From Octopus sinensis (taxonomy: Eukaryota), in contig NC_043014.1 of the NCBI RefSeq assembly GCF_006345805.1, forward strand, positions 40,238,001 through 40,302,000: a stretch of 64,000 bases of DNA, written 5' to 3'. The notes under the pieces were generated by a model. That model searched no databases, was not told where the DNA came from, and worked only from the letters and a program-made list of their open reading frames with translations. A program made the translations under genes and the position numbers. Below are positions 13,481 through 27,282 of the stretch, piece by piece (positions within the stretch are counted from its first letter, which is position 1; every line of letters begins with the position of its first letter).

Positions 13481-13699
13481 CGTATACGTTCATAACACAC
13501 CCGCGTGATCTGTCTTACGGTAGAAGTGCGACGGCATGTGCAGATGATGTTACCGCCACCGTGTCTGATGAAGGGCAACTCGTGTAGAAGACGCCATCAA
13601 AGGATACGAAGCGGTTGGCAGGGGCAAAAATTAACCAGGAGAGAAATCAGTCGGCTTGCAACTCGGCACCTGGCGTGGCAGGTCGATGCGTCCCAACAG

Positions 13700-14870
13700 C
13701 GTCGTCGGACGCTGAACGGAGGGCCCAGTTAAATTGCTCGGAATCTGATTTGGACCAGATCCCCAAGTCGAGAAAAACTGGAGCGAGGTGGCAAGCGAGA
13801 TGACGGCCATAACCCAGACCTGGTCTGGAAGGACGTTATATTTGCTAGGAAGGGCCGAGGTTGCACAGGTGTTTATAGCATCGGTGATAACCTACCGCCT
13901 AATCGTCGTGCCTTACCCCGGTTTGTGGATGACCAAGTTGGAACGGATCCTTTTCCACTTTTTGTGGAAGGGGAAAACGCCACTTGTGAGACGCTCCATC
14001 TGCTGCCAAAAACCGTTAAAGGGTGGACTGGGGATGCCTTGGCTGATGATGCGCAAGTATGCGCTAAGGCTGAGACATCTCTAGTATCTGGATGGTGAGC
14101 AGCTGTGGTCACTGCATGCCAAGCAGCTCTTTCCACAACTGAAGTCCCTCAGGGACTTAGGTACATGGATCAAGCGGAGATCTAGATTGGTAGAATGGCA
14201 GAGGGAGTGTAGATAAGCACTCTACTCTGTTCTCTCGGGCGAGCATTACCGGCAGCGAGGTTAGCACTGCGGATTTTTATAGAGGGTTGGTAGAGCATAA
14301 GTCCGACAACGTCCTAGGGGTGACTCTGGGCTTCGATGAGGAGCAACTGACCAACCTGTTCGGAAGGACATTCGGGCCGAGGTGTCTGGATAACTTCCAG
14401 AAATCCTTGGCTTGGTTGTGCTACCGATCGGCCTTACCGGTTCGAGAGAGGTTGTCTAGACACGGTTTTGGCACCTCCCCCATACGCCCAAGATGCGGAC
14501 GCGTCAGTGAAACTGTCGCGCACACCTTTGTACACTGTGAGGAGTTGAGGGAGTTGATAAATTATGTCGAACAACTGATGTCGGATGCGGAAAGAGTACG
14601 GCTCTCGACTGGGTCTATAATAAAAGTTGTATCGCCTTCTTCCTTCAACAAGGAAAAGAAGGCATCTTTTTTCTCTTCGTAGTAGCCATACTGAAAGAAA
14701 CTGTATGGACGACACGAGCGAAAGGGATTAGAACAGGTCATTTCATCTCCGGACACGGGTTGGTAAGTTATTTCAGCTTTCACCTGTTGAGAAAGATCCG
14801 TCTGGAGAAAAGGTGCCTGTCGCAAAGTACGTTCGGAAAAAGATGGATGTCTGTAGTAAGGTAGCTGAGC
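13700..14870 (+). mobile_element. Decayed Tx1/L1-clade LINE ORF2, C-terminal part (RT C-terminus and zf-RVT)
   Basis: Frameshifted ORFs with WSGRTLYLLGRA, FHFLWKGK, KGGLGMP, AWLCYRSALPV, RCG..ETVAHTFVHC; related fragment at about 19700-19870. Confidence 0.85.
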
Positions 14871-14907
14871 TCTGTCTGTTTGTCTGTCTCTGTCTCTGTC
14901 TCTCTCA

Positions 14908-14958
<51 letters not shown>

Positions 14959-15973
14959 TTTTCTTTTTATACTTCCCAAGAAAAAAAGAAAAACTATCTG
15001 CAGAACTTTGCATTTTCTATGATCTTTTCATGGTTGCATGGAGATTTTTTTTCAACAGCACTTAAGCGTGTAGGTATGTGGGTATGTATGTTTGTATGTA
15101 GCTCGGTCGGTCGATCGAACGATCCGGCTCACTGCATTAACATAGTTATACATGGTAATCGAAGGCAATCAAAGTTTATCATCAGAGTCTGAAAATAATT
15201 ATAGGGAATTTGAATTATATTTTCCCCTCTGACGAGCAAATAACCTAACTGTAAGAATTTCGTTATCATGTCCTGATTCATCGTAGTGAGGAAATTCTTT
15301 GTGTGTCATTTGAAAGAATGATTTCATTCAGATGTAGACAATCAACAACGTGCAAATCAACCGTATTTTTGATGTCACACTCTTAATTTCACAGTGTATG
15401 GGATTTGGGAAAATAACATTAGCACTGCGATTCAAGATAATAACTTCAGCTTCGATATTTTCATGAATCCGTACATAATTAGGGATGGTTTTTCCAGTAA
15501 TATTGCTTCATCAACACGTAGATCGCCATAAAATGTCACTCAAAAGGCCAAATTAACACGTTTTAGTAAAAACAGACGACAACTTGATCGTCTGTCAAAT
15601 GTAAATATTATGGGAGCTGACGATGGTGATGCTGATGATGTTTGAGTCTTACTGGATTGGCAGCGGAAACTTGTTATTGAATGAAGTGTATGGAGAAGGA
15701 ATTTCCCGTTTACGAATAGGTTTACGGATATGTTATTAAAAGTATAGATCAACATATATTGTTTTCTGTCCCACACAAGCCGTTACATAGAAGTGTATAA
15801 TGAATAGTAGGAATAGTAGTATATAGGAATTTTGAAATTGACGGGTGATAAAACCTGCACATCCTTTAAAGTGTATAGATTGAGATGCTATTCTTGAGAG
15901 ACGGGAAACTGGTTAGTCATTTTTATCCCGATGAAGTTGAAATATCTTTATAAATAAACCTTTATAAATATAC

Positions 15974-16478
15974 TAGCAGTATCGCCCGGCGTTGCTCGGG
16001 TTTGTAAGGGAAATAACTATATAAGCATTTTTAGAGAGTTACTTCCCTTATAAATTCGGGCTTTCTTAGCCATTTTTGTTTTGGTGTCTTCAAGCCATGA
16101 AGTCGTTGTTCTCAAAGAACGCTGGTTTCCTTCACAACGCATTACGACGTTGATTTCTTTACACTCCCTTCCCCACAGCTTCACAAGGGAGGGAAGGGGG
16201 AGAAGCAAACAGGTGCAGCTGTGAGCGTGGACGCCAACTCCGCCGCCATCGACACACGATGCATTTTATGCATTAAAATGGAATAAAAAATGATGTTAAA
16301 TTATTTTAAAAATCGTAGACTCATCGTTGACGCGCGCTAATAGTCAGACGGGCTCGATATGAATCACGACTATAAGATACCTGAATTTGGTTAAACTGCA
16401 CCGCAAAATGTGGGAGGAGTTAGGAATCTAAATCGAAGGGGACAGACACTCACACAACTAGAGTTTTATATATATAGA
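15974..16478 (-). mobile_element. Non-autonomous Helitron
   Basis: Minus strand: A|TCTATATAT 5' end, subterminal hairpin CCCGAGCAACGCCGGG, then CTAG|T. Confidence 0.75.
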
Positions 16479-17276
16479 TATCTTTTACTCTTTTACTTGT
16501 TTCAGTCATTTGACTGTGGCCATGCTGGAGCACCGCATTTAGTCGAGCAAATCGAACCCAGGACTTATTCTTTGTAAGCCTAGTACTTATTCTATCGGTT
16601 TGTTTTGCCGAACCGTTAAGTTACGGGGACGTAAACACACCGGCATCGGTTGTCAAGCGATGTTGGGGGGGGGGACAAACACAGACACACAAACATATAC
16701 ACACACATACATATATACATATACGACGGGCTTCTTTCAGTTTCCGTCTACCAAATCCACTCACAAGGGTTTGGTCATCTCTAGGATATAGTAGAAGTCA
16801 TTTGCCGAAGGTGCCACACAGTGGGACTGAACGCGGAACCATGTGTTGAGAAGCAAGCTTTTTACCATACAGCCATGACTGTGCCTGTATGTATATATAT
16901 CTTTTAGCTTTTATTTGTTTTAATCATCAGACTGCGGCCATGCTGGGGTACCGTCCTGAAGAATCGAACGAATCGACCCAAGTCCTTATGTTTTTAAAGT
17001 CTAGTACTTATTCTATCAGCCTCTTTGGCGAACCGCTAGGTTACGGGGACGTAAGCACACCAACACTGGTTTTCAAGCGGCAGTGGAGAACAAGCAAACA
17101 CACACACTCACACGACAGGCTTCCATCAGTTTCTGTTAAACAAATCCACTCACAAGGCTTTGGTCAACTTGAGTTATAGTAGAAGACACTTACCCAAGGT
17201 GCCATGCAGTGAGACTGAACTCGAAACCATGTGATTAGGAAGCAAACTCCTCACCACACAGCTACGCCTTTTATTA

Positions 17277-18080
17277 TAGGGTGCCCACCAAAATTTGACA
17301 TCATTTCATCACCTAATAACGTGAACAATTTTCGTCCAAATTGTCTTAAGTTTTAGCAGTATGTCTAGAATTGCTTACATTTTAAAAATATGATCCTTCG
17401 TATTTCGTTTTTGGATTTGGTTTGCAAGATTCTTTGTTTGAGTTCGTGTGTTGAAGCATATTCTGTTGTGTCTGGGGAGAGTCATTTTCTTTTTGTGCCT
17501 TATAATGTAACACACGCACCGGTAAAATTTCCACTTATTTCTTATTTTTACTTTCCCAAAATTTTCGTTGCGTCTTGCAACCTTTACAATAGTCTTGACT
17601 CTCAAGACTATTGTAAAGGTTGCAAGACGCAACGAAAATTTTGGGAAAGTAAAAATAAGAAATAAGTGGAAATTTTACCGGTGCGTGTGTTACATTATAA
17701 GGCACAAAAAGAAAATGACTCAGATCCTTCGTATGTTTTTCTTTTCAGGATTAGATACGCCGTTTACTGCAACAGAAAAGGCGTTTTGTTTATTGAAGTA
17801 CACCCAAATTTAGTTAAATGGGAATGTGCAACGTTTATTTGTTAGGCGATTTCATAAACAGGGAAGCAGATTTGGACGTGGCATAAGAAGGTTCAAGAAG
17901 AAGGCTGTTTGTGTATGGAAAAAAAAAGGATCTGGACGGCCAGCAGTTTCAGAAGAGATGGTGAACCAACTTCGGGAAACGCTTAGACCACAGAAATCTG
18001 TGCGAAGACCAGGCCCGGAAACCCGGATCTCCAAGTCAAATGTTTGGTGTGTTGTAAGAAAACGCTTATACATGAAGACA
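17277..18080 (+). mobile_element. Tc1/mariner relic (left TIR-like end plus transposase N-terminal HTH), interrupted
   Basis: TA-TAGGGTGCCC end; FTATEKAFCLL..VQRLFVRRF..KKKGSGRPAVSEE..PQKSVRR..SNVWCVVRKRL with a stop codon. Confidence 0.75.
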
Positions 18081-18374
18081 ATTATCATTTTAATTGTTGT
18101 CTTCGTGTGGCCCTAAGCCTTTTATTCTGTTTAATGTTTTGTCCCTCGTCCGTCCACTAACAGCCTCGTCTCGAGCCCGTCTCGATTTGTTATGTTTTGG
18201 TCCCATTCCCGACAAGTTTTTTGCTGATGCCTCCAGAGTGGAAGCAATATTATCGATAATGGCCGAAATTGCGTTTGACCCTCTGGCTGATAACTGATGA
18301 GGAGTTGGTGACCTTCTGTGTTTTTCGTTCGTCTGTGTATTTAGTATATGTTCGTATGTTCATTTACTACACGT

Positions 18375-18413
<39 letters not shown>

Positions 18414-18954
18414 TATATAAATGTATGCATATATACAAACATATATGTAAATACGTACATATACATGTATATACATGCATAAATGGGTACAGGACGTCAA
18501 GAAAAAAACGTGAACAAAATGAGAAACGAAAACGTAAAAAGCAAAAACATAGAAAGCGAACTTTTTTCGAACAACGAAAGAAACAAATACAGACAGGCAA
18601 CATAAAGAACATTCCCTTCATCAGTTGTCCCCTCTTTTATCTACTCCGCGTTACGAAGGTAGGGATAAGATGCGACTTCGTTGAAACAGTACTTCCCGCA
18701 AAGCAAATTAAATAAAATTTGGGATTTTTTGCGGAGGGTTAAAGTGGTAACAAAAACAGGACAGTAAGAACAAAACAGTAAAAGCAAACGGTGAGGGCTG
18801 TTAAGTCATGACGGGGTGAAGTGGTGAACGCTGGAAAAACGAGCTTTGAGAAGAGATAGGCAAAAGCACGTCTTGTCTTTAAGAAGGAAGTGGGAGAAAG
18901 AAAGATAGAGAGCCGCTGGTCACGTGTGAGCAACGACAGAGTCGAGTCAAGTAA

Positions 18955-19009
<55 letters not shown>

Positions 19010-19190
19010 TACAAAATTAGAAAATGGAGAAACATACTTAAATCAATAAAACATCAACTATCAGATGATACCCAATCAATACTTTATTACACCATTACAT
19101 ATCAGTAAAGGCATTATACAAAATATAAAGTAAATATAAATAGACATCCCATGGTGGGTTGAATTTTTCAACCCCTATCTCATTTTATAA

Positions 19191-19261
<71 letters not shown>

Positions 19262-19569
19262 CAAAGTAATATCGTAAGATACTGCACGAGTGGAAATATA
19301 TATGAAAGAAGGTTGAAAATGCAGTTTTAAAGATGTTTATTCATTTGACCGGTTTTACTTTTTTAGTAAAAGATTGTCAAAAGTAAAATGTAAAGCTCTG
19401 CATAAGCTTTGTTGTGTTAAGTACTGGTTGTCACAAAAGTATTAAAATACATATATATACATTCTTTGATAATAATAAGAAAATGTTAAAATCAGTTTAC
19501 AAGAAAATATTTAAGAAAGTATTCAACAAAAAGTATTAGGAGTTCAATAAAAATCATGTTTGTTTGGTA

Positions 19570-19624
<55 letters not shown>

Positions 19625-20944
19625 AGGAAATATATTTAAGAATTTACAAAAAAATTGGAGAGGAACCGATCTGTCTTTTTGGCATTTTTTCTGTTGCGTA
19701 TGAGAGGAGCACAGTAGTCAATTGAGTCCATCATTAAGATTGTCCCACCTTCTTCCTTCAACAAGGAAAAGCAGGTAACTTTTCTCTGTTTAGTGGCTAT
19801 AGCAAAAGAGGTTGTGTGGTTGAGGCGTGTGAAAGGGATAAGGACGGGCAACTTTCTGTCTGGCATTGGTTTGACCTAATACTATATTCATCATTTAAAA
19901 CAAAACAAAAAAAAAAGCTACATCCCGTTATATTCATTATATTTGTCAATTTTTAACCATTAACAAACTTATTTATTTCGCTTTGTTATATCCATTCGGA
20001 TCTTCCACATTGTCGCCATTACTCCTTCTTGCCTATCCTGTATTGTCCCTCTATGTATAGCCTTTTGTGGCAAATAAAAATTTATATTTTCATAAAACAC
20101 GTAAAGAAGTTTTCTCTTACTCACTCCAGGTAATTTTCCAAACTTCCTTTGGAAATGGAAGAATCCCCATGAAAAAAAAAAAACAAGCATAAAAAGGATG
20201 GTAATAACGTTAAACTTGTATAGTAACAATTTTACGCTTTATACTGAATTGTTAAAATCTGAATTAAAAATTCTGAAAACCACTACAGTATTGATTGTTA
20301 CGCATGAAGAAAGAAATGGGTGTGCTGTGCTGTTGAAAGCTAAAAGTATTTTATACAATTCCATTTGCTCATAGAGGCGCGGTAAGACTTGACATTGAGT
20401 GGTGAATAAGATATTAATAGAGCTGGTAGAATTTAGTGACTTGGCTTCAGGCCTTGTAGCTGTGATAAAAATGATATGTAGAATTTTAAAACTGGGTATA
20501 AACCCTTGCCTAAAATACCAGACTCCACTCACGCATTCGCTTGATCTGTTTTTCACTTGATAAACAAAATGGTGATTAACGAGATGTTAAGGAGTTTTAT
20601 AACGATTTGTAACTTCATCAGGTATTTGGGGGAAATTTCGAACCTGGGTTCTCATTCCTAAAGTATTTTGCGATGTTATTATTATTATTATTATTATTAA
20701 TATCATTATTATTATTATTCAGGTCACTGTTCTTAACCACTACGCCATATACCCAAGCAGTGACCTGAATAATATAATAATAATAATATCGTAAAATACC
20801 TTAGAGAACCCAGGTTCGAAATTTCCCCAAGACACCTGATGAGCTGGAGGATATATCAGCCGAAACGTTATGAGGACAAATATCCATCGAATGTAAATAA
20901 TATAAATAATTCCTCGTCTCTTAAATATAGAACTGGACGGGAAA

Positions 20945-21329
20945 ATACATACATACATACATACATACACATACACACACATACATACATACACATACAC
21001 ACACATACATACATACACATACACACACATACATACACATACACACACATACATACATACATACATACCATACATACATACATACATACATACATACATA
21101 CATACATACATACATACATACATACATACATACATAACATACATACATACATACATACATACATACATACTACATACATACATACATACATACATATACA
21201 TACATACATACATACATACATACTACATACATACATACATACATACATACATACATACATACATACATACATACATACATACATACATACATACATACAT
21301 ACATACATACATACATACATACATACATA
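20945..21329. repeat. (ATAC)n tetranucleotide tract
   Basis: Direct reading; (TCTA)n tract at about 22060-22297. Confidence 0.95.
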
Positions 21330-22145
21330 ATGCCGGAGCATTAGGTGTTTCCGCTCAATAAACACTCACAATGCCCGGTCTGGGAATCGAAACCGCGGTC
21401 TTATGACCGCGAGCCCGCTGCCCAAACTACTGGGCCATTGCGCCTCCACAGAAAATAATTAGTAAACTTTAAAAAAAGAAACACTGGAATTGATTTGATC
21501 GACTAAACAAGGTAAAAAGCAATAGTTTTCGAGAACTGAACCGTATAAGACCTGGTTCATTATCAAACCGGCTGCACTATTAAATAAATTCAAGGTAATT
21601 TTTCGTTAAGAGTTCCATTCAGAAAGTCCTGCGGGTCGTAGTTTGCACATAACTGGACTAAAAAAAAAAATTTTTTTTAATTCCCGATTGTACACCAGCA
21701 TGGCCGTAGTTCAATGACTGAAATAATTTCTTTTCTTTGCTAGCAAGCCATTTCTCGTTACCGAAAGCTACGTGCATAAAGTCACGTATTATGTAAACGC
21801 TTTTGTAACAGACTCAACGAAGCGAAGCGAATATAGTCAGTTGTTCTTATATTTTTATTTTTATGTCTACTCGGTTTGCTTTTGTGTAACTCCGATGAGA
21901 GGGAGAGTAAGAGGGAGAGAGAGAGGGAGGGAGAGAGGAAGAGTCTCTGAGAGAATAAGAAAAACATAGACAAAGAGAGACAGAGAGAGAGATATAGAGA
22001 GAGGGAGAGAAAGAAAGAGAGGGGAGAGAATAAAAGCGATATGTATGTATATGTGTGTGTATATCTATCTATCTATCTGTCTGCCTGTCTATCTATCTAT
22101 CTATCTATCTATCAATCTATCTAACTATCTCTCTCTCTCTATATA

Positions 22146-22198
<53 letters not shown>

Positions 22199-22218
22199 CT
22201 ATCTGCCTGTCTATCTAT

Positions 22219-22287
<69 letters not shown>

Positions 22288-22297
22288 AATCTATCTA

Positions 22298-23770
22298 TTG
22301 TGTGAATGCGCGTGGCTTGGGGTCCCCTTGGAAACAAGGGTACCTCTTAAACGACATAAAGTTACATGAATTAGAAATCATAGCCATAAGTGAGACCTGA
22401 CTCCATAATCCACGGGCCCTAAAGTTCATGTTTGGCGGACAGTTTAACATTTATTTTTCTCCCTATCTGCCAAGAATGGGCGGTAGTGGCACGGCGGTAC
22501 TTTTTCGGAAGAGTCTAGATCTCGAAGTAAAGACAATATTCGTAGACCCGGAGAGTAGACTGGTTGTCCTGGATATCGACGGCAGCAATGGGTGCGCTTT
22601 TCGACTCGTATCAGTCAACGCACCGCCTTTAACAGGTCGGCCAGATTTCTTTCGACGTCTAGAAGTATTCCTAGGAACGTCTCGTCCTTTACTTTTAGTG
22701 GGGGATTTGAATGCTACCTTGGACACGCATCTAGACTACGTGGGAAGAGATAGGAATAGACGGGGAGCAGAGACCTTCTCAGACGATTTCAACTGTCTGA
22801 TAGGTACCGAGTCGACCACCCGAATGCGCCAACGTGGGCATGGAGCAACCGCATCGGGTCATCGAGATCGTATCTAGATAGAATACTGTGCAGGACAGTA
22901 GATAGAGATAGCGTAGGGTGTCCACAATTCCACATAGTCAGCTACACGGATCACAAACTTGTGACGTGTACGCTAGACATAGATAAGACACATAAGCAGG
23001 GTTCCGGTTACTGGAAACTAAACGCGTCTTTCCCATCGAGACAGGATTTCAGAGACCGGATTAGCACGCTAGTAATGTGGGCTTTGACGGGAGCCATCAT
23101 CAACAGCAAATGGTGGCTTGCCCTCAAGAGAGCTATAAAAGCAGAAACGATTAGATATAGCAAAGCACTAGCGATAGGCAGAAACAGAGTAGAGGGTGAC
23201 CTAATTAAGAAGCTAGATGAGGCAATTAGAAGTGGCATCGCATCCGACGTATTGGCGGCGAGGTTGGCTCTCGACCAACACTTCAACGCCAAACACGAAG
23301 GATGTATTGTCAGGGCTAGAATTCATGCTCTAAGGAACGTGGGTGTTGGAGGCCCGGGTGGCGGAGGCGCAACAGGACAACAAAGCCACCATTCGGTCTC
23401 TGGTAGATGAACAGGAGCGCGAATTACTCGAGCCAAGTAAAATGTGTGAGGCCTTTCAGCAGCATTTTGCCCGACTGTTCGGAACGAGGGGTGAGAACGC
23501 AGGATGGACTTCAGTGCCAACCTGCACAGCCTGCCATGACTCTCGACAAGAGAGGCAGAGTGCTGCGAAGGTGCCATTACGGTAGCAGAAGTGCGGGACG
23601 CGATGGCAGAATGCTCTAGGGATAAATCGCCGGGTATAGATGGTCTCCCCTACGAGCTTTACAGTTGTATGCCAGACTTGTTTGGAGACATCTTGGCAGC
23701 AAAACGGGAGCACCCCCGGTTTTGTGAGCCGTGGAGCCGTAACGCTGCTGAAGAAAGATCCAAACACGGG
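22298..23770 (+). mobile_element. Decayed Tx1/L1-clade LINE ORF2, APE endonuclease to start of RT
   Basis: CVNARGL, IIAISET, GTAVLF, LLVGDLNA, SRSYLDRIL, YTDHK, GYWKLNAS, KSPGIDGLPYELY, with stops and frameshifts. Confidence 0.9.
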
Positions 23771-24432
23771 CTGGGATTATCTTATTTATATGGTGGTTAT
23801 TCTCCCGAGTAAACCTCGTAATCAACGTATCTATCTGTCTATAATGGAGAAATTATACAAAATGTATAAGGAAATGATGAGTAAAATACCGGCACAGTTT
23901 CGATTACCTGTTGTTATCTGTAGATTTATTGCAGGAACTACGTAGTGGCGGTTGGGGTAACAGTATTAATAAGATAGAAGGCGGCGAGCTGGCAGAAACG
24001 TTAGCATGCCGGGCGAAATGCGTAGCCGTATTTCGTCTGCCATTACGTTCTGAGTTCAAATTCCGCCGAGGTCGACTTTGCCTTTCATCCTTTCGGGGTC
24101 GATAAATTAAGTACCAGTTACGCACTGGGGTCGCTGTAATCGACTTAATCCGTTTGTTTGTCCTTGTTTGTCCTCCCTGTGTTTAGCCCCTTGTGGGTAG
24201 TAAAGAAATACGTATTTCGTCTGCCGTTACGTTCTGAGTTCAAATTCCGCCGAGTTCGACTTTGCCTTTCATCCTTTCGGGGTCAATAAATTAAGTACCA
24301 GTTACGCACTGGGGTCGATGTAATCGACTTAATCCGTTTGTTTGTCCTTGTTTGTCCCCTCTGTGTTTAGCCCCTTGTGGGTAGTAAAGAAATAGGTATT
24401 ACTAAGATAGATTGAATAAAAGATTTTATTTA

Positions 24433-24474
24433 GTACGACATATGTTTCGACCCGTTCTGGGTCTCTTCGGGTAC
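24433..24474 (-). ncRNA. Minimal type-I hammerhead ribozyme (U4C core)
   Basis: GUAC-CCGAAGA-GACCC-agaac-GGGUC-GAAAC-AUAU-GUC-GUAC; diverged mirror copy on + at 25337-25378. Confidence 0.7.
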
Positions 24475-24959
24475 ATAAATAAATAAATAAATAAATAAAT
24501 AAAAAGTCTCCCTAGAGATTTCCTGATTCGGTTTTACGCACCGCTACATGCCCACCAACTTCGGGAATGAGTAAAAAAGAGAAAAATTGAAATTAAAAAT
24601 GAAAAATTCAAATATTTAAAGGCGGTGCTCCAGCATGGCCGCAGTCAAATGACTGAAACAAGTAAGAGTAAGAGTAAGAGTATATGAACGTGAAAGTTAT
24701 ACATTCTAGTTTAGAGAAAATGACGTAATGAGCCGTCGCTTTTGTAACTGTTAAGACAAAGAAGAAGAAGTAGAAGTTGAAAGGAAGATAATACCACATT
24801 TTCTTTAAAATCTAAAATGTATAATTTTCATGTTCATATTTGAATTTTTCGGGTTTCAATTTTTCTCTAGTTTTTACTCATTCCCAAAGTTGATGGACAT
24901 ATGGCGGTACGTAAAACCGAATCAGAAAATCTCTAGTGAGACTTAATTTTTAAAATTTA

Positions 24960-25331
24960 CTAGCAGTATCGTCCGGCGTTGCTCGGGTTTGTTTCCACCC
25001 TTTAGAATTGGAATTTTTGAAAAGTAAAAAATTTGCATTATGTGAACATTTTTCTGGTTAAAATACACCGAAAAATGGCGACACAGCAGTAAAAAAAAAT
25101 CGTAAAAAATAGGGATTTTCATAGTAAAAAGCACCTTTTTGATGTAAATAATTTTTGGTGTTAACATGGTCCGATTTGAAATTTTTCTTCTACGGAAGGA
25201 AGAGCAAGCCTTCTTCTATCATACTCTCAATTTTGGTCAACTTGCGTCGCAGGGTCTCGGAGGAGATAGAGTTAGTTGAAGGCTACCAAACCTGCCACAC
25301 ACAGACAACTTCAGCTTTACACATATAGAGA
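24960..25331 (-). mobile_element. Non-autonomous Helitron with the same ends
   Basis: ctagcagtatcgtccggcgttgctcggg at one end and atatagaga|t at the other; interrupts an inverted-repeat arm. Confidence 0.7.
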
Positions 25332-25686
25332 TTTATGTACCCGAAGAGACCCCGAATAGATCGAAACGTGTGTCGTTCTAAATAAAATCTTTTATTCCAT
25401 CTATTTTATTAATACTATATATAAATCTTTAGTTAAATATATTCAATGAGAATATTATATACTGAATTTATATTGAGTGCTCTATTGTATCCAAGTATTA
25501 ATACTATTAAAGTATTCATATATTTAATACGAGCGATTATCTACATATATATTTTATAATATATTATTATTAATACCAGGAAAACAATTATTTTACACAC
25601 GTATATATCTTTCTGAAGAATTTTCTAATATTGATTTCCTGATATTAATAATAATAATAATAATATATTATAAAAAATAATACTAT

Positions 25687-25730
<44 letters not shown>

Positions 25731-25964
25731 CATAAAATGCAAAATGGGACAAGAAAGCAAAACTAGGTGATACAAAAGGGGACAACAAAACATCCAGATA
25801 GAATATACAAAAAAAAAACACGGACAGGTCATTCGAAGCCTTTTATTTTCAATCAAGAACTGGATCATCCTCGCAATTTCGGCTAATACACACACCACAC
25901 ACGTGTGTGATCTAGTTATATTATTTAAAAAATATATTTTATTTTTTATTTATAATTGGTTTAT

Positions 25965-26064
25965 NNNNNNNNNNNNNNNNNNNNNNNNNNNNNNNNNNNN
26001 NNNNNNNNNNNNNNNNNNNNNNNNNNNNNNNNNNNNNNNNNNNNNNNNNNNNNNNNNNNNNNNN
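25965..26064. other. Assembly gap (100 N)
   Basis: Run of n. Confidence 1.
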
Positions 26065-26440
26065 TAAATTAATTAATTAAGAAGTAATCAATAATTTCAG
26101 AATTCGGCATGAATTCGGCATGAAAAAAGGACCATTTCATGGTAAACTTAAGTAATACTTAATAATTAGGGTTCAGCAAAGATTTGCTTTACCACATACC
26201 GAAGTTTAGAAATAGCTATTTCTTCTACTTTAAAAAGGGACTCCCATGGGTGACCAGATATAGATTGATTTGCTTTATTTTTCCTCTGCCCACGTGGATT
26301 GTTTTCAAGTATTTTGGTTTTTCTGGGAGTCCCTTTTTAAAGTAGAAGAAATAGCTAAGGTTTTTTGACTGCTATTTCTAAACTTCGGTATGTGGTAAAG
26401 CAAATCTTTGCTGAACCATAATTATTAAGTATATATATAT

Positions 26441-26485
<45 letters not shown>

Positions 26486-27105
26486 ACAAACTGAGGACAA
26501 GAAATCCTTCAAAGGGGTGTGTTAAACAACAATTCACTGGTACGTCAGTTGAATGCCACAATAATTTGGCATAATGCAATTATAAAGATAAATTAACTAG
26601 TGAGATACCGTTGATAATCCAATAATTTATTTATATGATAATATTTCATATGAATATAATATAATGTAACATAATATTATATAACACAAACAATTATTAG
26701 AACCACAGAAGGCCAACAAATTGTTTTGACTTATATATATTTTTTTTCCTGAAATACGTACATAATAAAAGTTCCCTTATATATAAAATCACCTGGGTGT
26801 CATGGTTTCAAAATAGACAAACTTCCGTGTGAAAGGACGGCTGGATTGTAAAAATTAATTATGTCGTGTAATATTATATTCATAGCATATCATGTAATAT
26901 TACAATATAAATAAATTATTGGCTTGTCAGTAGTATCTCTCGATGCATCATATAGTATCTTTATATGTATATAAATATATATAATACATATATATATATA
27001 TATTAATATATAATATATATATATAATATATATATATATAATATATATATATAGATATATAAAATATATATATAAATACATATATATATTATATAAAATA
27101 TATAT

Positions 27106-27159
<54 letters not shown>

Positions 27160-27202
27160 ATCATCATTATCATTGTTTAAACTTCTGTCTAACTGCTGGC
27201 AA

Positions 27203-27236
<34 letters not shown>

Positions 27237-27240
27237 CACA

Positions 27241-27282
<42 letters not shown>

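Noticed and set aside
15228-15300. CTGACGAGC core-like motif; also CTGATGA near 985, 18294 and 48426
   Set aside because: No closing stem II followed by GAAA
18090-18320. Open frames of about 70 codons on both strands
   Set aside because: No recognisable homology or convincing splice context
19342-19390. Minus-strand UUGACAA..AAAACCGGUC hammerhead-like relic between TA tracts
   Set aside because: G12 lost and stem I only 2 bp
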